Positions 28,456-38,100 of a stretch of DNA of 63,452 nucleotides are shown here, piece after piece (the first letter of the stretch is position 1; each line of letters starts with the position of its first letter). This stretch comes from Candidatus Omnitrophota bacterium (GTDB taxonomy: Bacteria; Omnitrophota; Gorgyraeia; Tantalellales; Tantalellaceae), in contig JBAROI010000095.1 of NCBI GenBank assembly GCA_049642015.1, positions 1 through 63,452 of the forward strand, written 5' to 3'. Under the pieces are notes generated by a model. The model did not search any database and was not told where the DNA came from. It saw only the letters and a list, made by a program, of their open reading frames with translations. The translations under genes and the position numbers were made by a program.

Positions 28456-29559
28456 TTATCGCAAAAACCCTTCGATCAACATGTCCTGTCCGATCCTCTT
28501 CATCTCGACCTTTTTTAGATCTATTGCTGAAGCGATGTTCTTCGCGCTGCCGATCAGTTTAGGCGCGATGAAAAACGCGATCTCGTCCACCATGCCTTCT
28601 TCCAGAAAGCCTCCCGCCAGTTCTCCCCCGCCCTCTACAAGGACGTTAACGATCCCCCTTGAGGCAAGTTTCTTTAAAAAGGACTTGAGCGAAACTTTCC
28701 CTCTCCTGCTTCTGGTCTCTATAAGCTCTACGCCATCGGCCCGTCTGAATTTCTTTGCGCGGGAAGCCGGCGCAAGCTCCGTTGTCGCTATGATAACCGT
28801 GGACCCGGCAGCGGTCCTGACAAGTTTTGAGCCTAAGGGGGACCTGAGACGCGAATCTACGACTACGCGGGTTATCTTCTTGCCCCGTTCTCCTTCCCCG
28901 AGAAGAAGCGGGTCATCATTAAGCACAGTATTAATGCCTACAATGATCGCGTCAAAATCAGAACGGAATCTTTTGACATACTTTCTGGAATCCTCAGACG
29001 TTATCCATTTTGAAGACCCGTCTCTGGCAGCCGTCTTTCCGTCAACCGACTGCGCCAGTTTCAAGGTCACATAAGGCAGATCCCTGGTAACAAACTTGAT
29101 ATATTTTCTGTTCAAAGAATATGTTTCTTCGGCGCAAGCGACTTCGCCCACAGAAACTCCGTGCTTACGCAGTTTTCTGATCCCCCTGCCGTTATTCAGG
29201 GGATTAGGGTCTTTCATGGCGAACTTAACGGTTTTGATCCCGCTATTAATGATGGCTTTGGTGCACGGTGGGGTCTTGCCAAAGTGATCGCAGGGCTCAA
29301 GCGTAACGAACATCGTGGCCCCACGGCACTTCTCGCCCGCGTCTTTAATAGCCACTATCTCGGCATGATCTTCCCCGGACCTGCGGTGGTAACCTTTGCC
29401 AACGATCCTGCCGTTTTTCACTATGACAGCGCCTACCATGGGATTCGGATATGTTCTGTCTTTAGCTTTCGCGGCCAGCTCAAGCGCGAGGCGCATGTAT
29501 TTGATATCGGACTTTTTACGCATTGCGGATCTTTTCTGCTTCTTCTCGCAGTTTTTCAA
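28456..29559 (-). CDS. ribD: bifunctional riboflavin biosynthesis deaminase / reductase
   Basis: 367 aa. YMRLALELAAKA, zinc deaminase motifs HAEIVAI and TLEPCDHFGKTPPC, and a C-terminal reductase domain. The true start may be the internal ATG at 29523. Confidence 0.9.
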   Translation of the reverse strand: MKNCEKKQKRSAMRKKSDIKYMRLALELAAKAKDRTYPNPMVGAVIVKNGRIVGKGYHRRSGEDHAEIVAIKDAGEKCRGATMFVTLEPCDHFGKTPPCTKAIINSGIKTVKFAMKDPNPLNNGRGIRKLRKHGVSVGEVACAEETYSLNRKYIKFVTRDLPYVTLKLAQSVDGKTAARDGSSKWITSEDSRKYVKRFRSDFDAIIVGINTVLNDDPLLLGEGERGKKITRVVVDSRLRSPLGSKLVRTAAGSTVIIATTELAPASRAKKFRRADGVELIETRSRRGKVSLKSFLKKLASRGIVNVLVEGGGELAGGFLEEGMVDEIAFFIAPKLIGSAKNIASAIDLKKVEMKRIGQDMLIEGFLR

Positions 29560-30376
29560 CTACGTCGTAGCCGAGCATCACCCTGCCGATCAGGACTTTT
29601 CCCTTCCTGGTGCCGTGGCAGTCGGAGCCTCCAGTCGCTATAAGTCCGTACTCCTGGGCTTTTTTCAGATATTTATCACTCTCGGGCGTCTCGTGACCGG
29701 AATGGTAAACCTCTATGCCTCTCAACCCGGCCTTCACGTAATCCGGCAGAAATTCGTCTTCTCCCATCGTCCCTGGATGGGCCAGAACGGGGACTCCCCC
29801 CGCATCTTTTATCATATCGATCGCTTTCGTATAATCCAGGCGTTTATGGCGTGCGTGGCACGGCTTGCCGTTCCCGATGTATTTGTCAAAAGCTTCCTTC
29901 GTGTCGCTCACCAGACCTTCTTCTTCCATTATGCGGGCCAGATGAAGCCGTCCGATCGTGCCCTTTGAGGAGGATTCAAGCACTTTATCTATGCTGATAT
30001 CCAGGCCCGCGTCCTGCAAGAGCCCGACCATCTTACGCATCCTCTCGACCCTGCCCGCCTGCATCTTGTTCAAAAGTTCGGTCAGGGACGCGTTACGCCA
30101 ATCAATAAAGTACCCCAGAACGTGTATCTCGACATCATCCTTGACGGCGGATATCTCTATGCCGGGGATAACCTCAATATCGGTGGCTTTGGAAGCGTCT
30201 ATGGCAGGCGAGATCCCGTCCACGCAATCATGGTCGGTTATAGCGATGGCTTTCAGGTTCAGCTCTGCGGCCTTCTGGACAACTTCTTCTGGTGTGTACG
30301 TCCCGTCCGAATAGACAGTATGGACGTGCAGATCGACAAGCCCCTTGTCGCTGCCGGCTTCAATATCAGGATTCAT
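29516..30376 (-). CDS. PHP-domain metal-dependent phosphoesterase (TrpH/YciV-like)
   Basis: [30 protein letters not shown] prefer the start at 30376 (MNPDIE), behind AGAGGGAAGG. Confidence 0.8.
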   Translation of the reverse strand: MNPDIEAGSDKGLVDLHVHTVYSDGTYTPEEVVQKAAELNLKAIAITDHDCVDGISPAIDASKATDIEVIPGIEISAVKDDVEIHVLGYFIDWRNASLTELLNKMQAGRVERMRKMVGLLQDAGLDISIDKVLESSSKGTIGRLHLARIMEEEGLVSDTKEAFDKYIGNGKPCHARHKRLDYTKAIDMIKDAGGVPVLAHPGTMGEDEFLPDYVKAGLRGIEVYHSGHETPESDKYLKKAQEYGLIATGGSDCHGTRKGKVLIGRVMLGYDVVEKLREEAEKIRNA

Positions 30377-30788
30377 CCTTCCCTCTTTCTGTCTTGTTGA
30401 TGTTATCAAGGATCCCGTTTACGAATTTTCCGGAGTCCTTATCGCCGTATTTCTTTGCCATCTCTATGGCTTCATTAATAGCGACTTTCGGGGGGATATC
30501 AGACACAAAGAGTAGCTCAAAGGAGGCGATCCTCAGAACGTTCCTGTCTATCGTGGCCATCCGCTCCATCCTCCAGTTGATAGCGTGTTTGGCGATGACC
30601 TCGTCAAGCTTCTCCCGGTTGGTCTCCACTCCGAAAACAAGAAAATCCGAAAATTCTTTTATTTCTTTACCCTTGATATCGCTCTTCTCCCAGAACTTCC
30701 TGTTGCATTCTTCCACCGGTTCTTTCGCGATATCCCAGGCGTACAGGATCTTCAGTGCTGTTTCACGTGATAATGTACGTTTTCGCAT
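30366..30788 (-). CDS. nusB: transcription antitermination factor NusB
   Basis: 140 aa. [12 protein letters not shown], and [26 protein letters not shown]. Confidence 0.9.
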   Translation of the reverse strand: MRKRTLSRETALKILYAWDIAKEPVEECNRKFWEKSDIKGKEIKEFSDFLVFGVETNREKLDEVIAKHAINWRMERMATIDRNVLRIASFELLFVSDIPPKVAINEAIEMAKKYGDKDSGKFVNGILDNINKTERGKDES

Positions 30789-30789
30789 A

Positions 30790-31272
30790 TTATTTCTTCT
30801 TCCCTATCTCGGAATACAGGTTGCAAAGCTCTATCGCTGCCAGGGCGGCGTCTCTGCCTTTGTTACCGCTCTTTAAGCCGGCCCTGTCGATCGCCTGCTC
30901 GAGATTGTCCGCAGTTACAACACCGAAAACACAGGGAATATCGCTTTCCATCGCGACTTTCGCGACTCCCTTGGCGGTCTCGCTCGCGACAAAATCGAAG
31001 TGCGGAGTTTCTCCCCTGATGACGACACCCAGACATAAAACAGCGTCGAATTTTCCGGAAGAGGCCATCTTCTGCGCGATCACGGGCAACTCGAACGAAC
31101 CGGGCACCCACGCAGTGGTGATCTCACTCTCCTTTACACCGTGTCTGGTTAGAGCGTCAACGGCGCCGTCCACCAGCTTCGATGAGACGAACTCGTTGAA
31201 CCTTGATACGGCGATCCCGAATTTCTTCCCTCTTATGATCAGGTCGCCTTTGATTAAATTACCTGCTGCCAT
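30790..31272 (-). CDS. ribH: 6,7-dimethyl-8-ribityllumazine synthase
   Basis: 160 aa. [38 protein letters not shown]. Confidence 0.95.
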   Translation of the reverse strand: MAAGNLIKGDLIIRGKKFGIAVSRFNEFVSSKLVDGAVDALTRHGVKESEITTAWVPGSFELPVIAQKMASSGKFDAVLCLGVVIRGETPHFDFVASETAKGVAKVAMESDIPCVFGVVTADNLEQAIDRAGLKSGNKGRDAALAAIELCNLYSEIGKKK

Positions 31273-31289
31273 TTTACACCTCCGTTAAT

Positions 31290-32489
31290 TTAGACTTTTT
31301 TCAGTTTATGACCTAATTTTTGCTTCTTTGTTTTAAGATAAGACCTGTTCCGGGCCTTGGGTTTTATTTCAAGCGGGATCCTTTTTACTATCTTCAACCC
31401 GTACCCCTCAAGCCCGATGACCTTCCTGGGATTATTCGTCAAAAGCTGTATTTTTTTAAGCCTTAGGTCTGCCAGTATCTGCGCTCCGATGCCGTAATCC
31501 CTGAGGTCCGCCTTGAACCCCAGTTTCTCGTTGGCCTCCACGGTATCGCACCCCTTGTCCTGCAGTTCGTACGCCCTGAGTTTATTCAGTATGCCTATCC
31601 CGCGGCCTTCCTGGGAAAGATACAGTATGACCCCTTTGTTTTTCCCGGAAATATATTTCATCGCTTCTTCAAGCTGTTCCCCACAATCGCACCGGAGAGA
31701 ATGGAAAATATCCCCCGTCAAGCACTGGGAATGGACCCTTACGGGCACTTCCCCTTTGGTTATATCACCTTTCACAAGGGCAAGGTGCTGATAATCGTCT
31801 ATTTTTGACTGGTAAGCGTAAAGCTTGAATTCACCGTACGGTGTCGGCAAAACCGTTTCCGCCTGTTTGATTATAAGGTTCTCTTTTTTTCTCCTGTAAC
31901 GAATAAGGTCCTCGATGGCGCATATTTTAAGCTTGTGATCTTTGGCAAAATCCACCAGGTCAGGCATCCGCGCCATCGTCCCGTCTTCGTTCATTATTTC
32001 GCAGATAACACCGACCGGCGCCTTCCCAGCAATCTGCATGAGATCGACGCACGCTTCTGTGTGGCCTGCCCGGACAAGCACGCCGCCCTCCCGGGCTCTT
32101 AGCGGGAAAACGTGGCCGGGTTTTACAAAATCTTTTCTGGCCGAACGCTGGCTGGCGAGAAGCTTTATCGTCTTGGCCCGGTCGTGCGCTGAGATCCCCG
32201 TAGTTATCCCTTCCCTGGCGTCCACGGATACCGACCAGGCAGTTTTATAGGGATCCTGCGACGCCTGCGACATAAGGTGAAGCCCCAGTTTTTCGGCTAC
32301 TTTTTCCTCCATCGGGACGCATATCAGGCCCCTGCCGTGCTTGGCCATGAAGTTGACCATCTCTGCTGTAATCCCGGAAGCCGAAGCGATGAGGTCTCCC
32401 TCGTTCTCCCTGGAGGGGTCATCGACCACCACGACCATCTTCCCTTTTCGCAGATCTCTTATTACTTCTTCTATGGTATTTAACTTCAT
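31290..32489 (-). CDS. ribBA: bifunctional 3,4-dihydroxy-2-butanone-4-phosphate synthase / GTP cyclohydrolase II
   Basis: 399 aa. VVVDDPSRENEGDLI, RAREGGVLVRAGHTE, VRVHSQCLTGDIFHSLRCDCG, EGRGIGILNKLRAYELQ. Confidence 0.95.
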   Translation of the reverse strand: MKLNTIEEVIRDLRKGKMVVVVDDPSRENEGDLIASASGITAEMVNFMAKHGRGLICVPMEEKVAEKLGLHLMSQASQDPYKTAWSVSVDAREGITTGISAHDRAKTIKLLASQRSARKDFVKPGHVFPLRAREGGVLVRAGHTEACVDLMQIAGKAPVGVICEIMNEDGTMARMPDLVDFAKDHKLKICAIEDLIRYRRKKENLIIKQAETVLPTPYGEFKLYAYQSKIDDYQHLALVKGDITKGEVPVRVHSQCLTGDIFHSLRCDCGEQLEEAMKYISGKNKGVILYLSQEGRGIGILNKLRAYELQDKGCDTVEANEKLGFKADLRDYGIGAQILADLRLKKIQLLTNNPRKVIGLEGYGLKIVKRIPLEIKPKARNRSYLKTKKQKLGHKLKKV

Positions 32490-32491
32490 AA

Positions 32492-32522
32492 TAAAAAAAG
32501 CCCTGAAGATATCTTCAGGGCT
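32492..32522 (-). terminator. intrinsic terminator acting as the expression platform of the FMN riboswitch
   Basis: Minus-strand read: AGCCCTGAAG-ATAT-CTTCAGGGCT, a 10-bp stem, followed by TTTTTTTAT. The U-tract ends 3 nt before the ribBA ATG (32489). Confidence 0.75.
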
Positions 32523-32539
32523 TTTGTAAACATTAGCCT

Positions 32540-32710
32540 ACAGTCTTCTCCCATCCCGGCTTAACCCATTAGAAATCTTGATTTCTAACGGGTCTCACGG
32601 TCGGTATTCGATTTTCACGAATTCAGACCCTATTGGGTCTCGCGGACTTATCCCCTCAAAGGAGAATCACCGCCGACTGAGGAATTTCACCTCACCCTGA
32701 AGTTGCAATC
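32540..32710 (-). promoter_or_regulatory. FMN (RFN) riboswitch aptamer
   Basis: Minus-strand read: CTTCAGGGTGAGGTGAAATTCCTCAGTCGGCGGTGA ... AGTCCGCGAGACCC ... GGTCTGAATTCGTGAAAATCGAATACCGACCGTGA ... AGCCGGGATGGGAGAAG. This matches the conserved RFN core blocks (GGTGAAATTCC..CGGCGGT, CCGCGAG, CCGAC.GT, GGATGGGAGAAG). It lies directly upstream of ribBA. Confidence 0.88.
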
Positions 32711-32738
32711 ATTTTACCACACAACAGAACTATGTCAA
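32711..32738 (-). promoter_or_regulatory. predicted sigma70-type promoter of the rib operon
   Basis: Minus-strand TTGACA (32738-32733), 16 nt, TAAAAT (32716-32711), just upstream of the riboswitch. Confidence 0.55.
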
Positions 32739-32772
32739 CAAGGTATGTGCGGCACACCATTGTTTACTATTT

Positions 32773-33024
32773 AAATTGCCAAGCTTATGCGATGTGTCTT
32801 CGCTGCAGAATAACAAAGGGCTAAACGAGCAAGCAGTGTGGGGTATTCCGCGCGCAGTTCCGCTCTGAGCAAAGGGAAATATTTGAGCTGTTTGAGCGGG
32901 CATCGATGGACCCCCGCTGAAATTGCCAAGCTTATGCGATGTGTCTTAGCTGCGAGTTCCGCAGAACGGCAAAAATGTTTGCCGTTCGAGGACTGTCTGA
33001 GCAGCGAAGACACATCGCATGAGC
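32773..33024. repeat. direct and inverted repeat structure downstream of groEL
   Basis: AAATTGCCAAGCTTATGCGATGTGTCTT occurs at 32773-32800 and 32920-32947. Its inverted partner GCAGCGAAGACACATCGCATGAGC lies at 33001-33024. There is an inner hairpin GAACGGCAAA..TTTGCCGTTC at 32964-32987. Confidence 0.8.
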
Positions 33025-33033
33025 TCAATATCG

Positions 33034-34990
<1,957 letters not shown>

Positions 34991-35039
34991 AGTCTTTCCT
35001 CCATTTTGTTTTTATGGTCTTTGAACTTACAACCCTATA

Positions 35040-35066
35040 TTAGCACTCTCGACCAATGAGTGCTAA
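35040..35066 (-). promoter_or_regulatory. CIRCE operator (HrcA binding site)
   Basis: TTAGCACTC-N9-GAGTGCTAA, a perfect inverted repeat, between the promoter and groES. Confidence 0.9.
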
Positions 35067-35076
35067 CGAATTTACC

Positions 35077-35104
35077 ATTATAGGAAAATCTACTTTTTTG
35101 TCAA
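35077..35104 (-). promoter_or_regulatory. predicted sigma70 promoter of groESL
   Basis: Minus-strand TTGACA (35104-35099), 16 nt, TATAAT (35082-35077), immediately upstream of CIRCE. Confidence 0.7.
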
Positions 35105-35155
35105 GGATTTTTTTAGGGGTGAGTTAAATAGCCGCCTGGAGCGGAAATCCTTATA

Positions 35156-38100
35156 TTATGCGGCTTCGATGACCTGCCTCATGGTCGCGTACCTATCCAT
35201 CCGCCTGTCGTGGTCATACCGTTCAATGTTCGGGAGGAGTTTGAATATTAAGGGGCTGTTTGGCGCCGCGGATTCCGACCTCATTTCCGCGATATTTATC
35301 GCATCCAGCTCTTCTTTGGTAAAGCCGCTTAAGCGCCCTTTACTGATATAGCGGGCCAGGGTAATTGTCACTATCTCGGCAAGAGGATAATAATGGATCT
35401 TGCGGAATTCCTCTGTTCTCTGGATATATGCTAACTGGACATTATCCTTATTTCTGGCCCACGAAAGCTCGTCTTCAGCGCTCTCCTCGGCGAACACGAA
35501 GATCACGGCGTCCTCTTTCCTAAAGCCTTTTTCCTTCAGGCGCTCATCGATCGCTTCTGAAAGAGTTTGTTTGCTTCCCGGTATGACGATCTCCAGATTA
35601 TTTAGAAGTTTCTTGTAATTGTCGTCCCCTTTGAGGTCTTCCAGTATTCTGAAAATATTTACTGCCTCGTCGCTATCTATGCTCCTGTCAAAAGTCAGGA
35701 AGATCTTTTTCTTCAACGGGTCGATCTTTGTCCTCGAAAGCGTGCCGGAGACGACCATTTCCACAAGGTTTTTCGCCAGTTCATCCGGATCACTGACATC
35801 ACGCAGGAGGAATTTCAGGTCAGCTTCGGGCTTTTCTCCGGTATCGGGCATTTTCCTTATATTAATGGGAACGCTTGCTAATGCCTGTTCGAATTTTTCA
35901 TTATCTCTTAAGGCGTGCCCTGTAAACAGGCAAACCGGATCATACCCTTTGAGGTCAACGGCCTCGAGCTCTTCGCCTGCGGCTTCAACCTGGTATTGAT
36001 ACTGATCAACGATACCTGCCATATCTCTAAATCGAATTCTCGTATCAGCATCTTTGAAACAGATTCGGAATTTCTTATCGTGCCTCTGGCGTAAAATGCT
36101 ATCTTTCCCGGTGCGCCTGTACCAGGCGCTCGGTTCGGAGCCTTCTTCCGGCTCAAAGCCGTACTCTTTGCCAAGAAAATCAAGCGTAAGGGGATTGGAA
36201 AAACCCGGATGAATGCGCTTAACATCCGGGTACATGGTAAAGAACATATTCAAAAGCGGCCGGAGCAGGCCCTTTTCCTGCAGGTCCTCACTTATTAAAA
36301 TGCCCTTTAAGCCGTGCCGATCCTCATCGCCCTCGATCGGCACACTGTAGATCAACATATCCGGCGGCGTTCCTTTTGCCCTGGATATGCCCACTTGATT
36401 TAAAATTATCCCCTTCCTGCCATCCGACATCCGCTTAAACGGGGAAATTTCAAATGAATAATAAGCACCCTTCCGGGAAATTAAAACTCTGTCACCGCTA
36501 ACGGTTACTTCATCTTCCGGGAATCTAGCGCTCTCTCTATCTCCAGGCGAAGCAGCAAGCGCCTCTTCGAGGGGTGATTCTTTGACGGACGGTTCCTCGA
36601 CGGGTGGTTTTTTGACAGGCGGTTCCTTGGCAGGCGCTTCACCGCGCGTACCCTCTGTCAATTCTTTAGTCGCTTCGACCAGTTCTCTTCTTTTTTCTTC
36701 GTCCTTCTTCTCCCTGACCACTACTTCAACCGTCGCCCACAATATGGCCGTATCAGAACCGCTGTAATAAACATCAATAGTCAATATATATCCGCCTTTT
36801 TCACGGTCGGGCCTCCAGCCGCTCAATATCGCGCCGCAGCTGTATATAACGCCCGGTATCCAGAGATCATGTTCATTTTCCAGTTCGTATGGTTGGCCCT
36901 TCTCCGGCTTCAAGATCGGTTCGCTGATAAATTTTTTCCTGGGATCCTTATTGTCGGTCAAAAGCAGCCTTAAATCATAGTACTTATCCTCCCCGTCCAT
37001 GGCCGCGGCATGAACGAGCGTGAGATCGAAGCCATTTAATTCAATAAACTCCTCCGTGGGCACATTGGCTACATAAGCTGAAGGCCCCATCCAATGAAAG
37101 GGCGGAAGAGCCGTTAACTTATAAGGCCCGACGGTTTTCCATGTCCCGTACATGTCCCCTGAAGAATCAATCTCCGCTATCCACATCTGAGAATTGTGAT
37201 TCATTGAAGGCCGGAATAGGGCATACCATTTTCCGTTAGCAGGGTTACCAAAAGGTACAAAATTTTTGATATTCCCGGGCATATCAGTGATCAATTTCTT
37301 CAGTGGCTTCCATTCCCAATTAACTTCCGCGCTCTTTCCCTTTTCCAGTAGCTGAACGTTTTTCAAGAACTTATGTGAATCATGTTTTGTAACTGCGGAA
37401 AAGTATTGTCCGTCTCTTCTTACCGCCGTCAGGAAAACATAGACATATCTATTCTTTTCCATTTTGCCGTTAACTTCCTCCCATATTTCCCTCTCAATAG
37501 CGCGCGCGTCCTCAAGAGCGATGATCTCAGAATCTCTCTCGATCTTTGACATCACGCTTTGCCAATGTTCCACATCATCTCCTGTCGCATGAAGATAGTT
37601 GTACTGGGCATCCAGGTATTCCTTAGAACCGACATCTGAAAGCTGCGAACAAAGGCTTTCATCCTCGGGCATAAGCATCTTTTCGTCGAGCTCTTTAATT
37701 TCTCTTTTTTTACCCCCTTCTTCATCGCGCTCTTCGCCTTCTTTTGGGTCGCTCTTATCGTGGAGAAGGAGCCCTATCCAGGACTTTCGTAGCACGTCCT
37801 TTTTGCCGGGAATATTGATAGCGATCCTGTTAAAAAGCAGGCGCCTGCCGGCTAGAGCCAGAACTCCGGCGTTTAAGTTGTATTCCAGGCTTTTATCTCT
37901 CGGTTTCATCAAGGGGCCGTTCCTCTCCACTTTTCTAATTTCCATCTCTATCGGCAACTCGCCACGAAATTCTTCAAACATGGGATCCTTAAATTTTATC
38001 TTGTCCGGGGGAAACTCAGGGGGATACTTACCCTGGGGAGAAAAAGGCCTTATCATGCGGTCCCTTAATATCTTATCCTCTTCCATCAAATACTGTTTCT

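Noticed and set aside
32771-33028. An 85-aa minus-strand ORF and the overlapping 96-aa plus-strand ORF downstream of groEL.
   Set aside because: The peptide repeats AAKTHRISLAI only because it translates the 28-nt DNA direct repeat. There is no RBS or start context. I treat it as non-coding repeat DNA.
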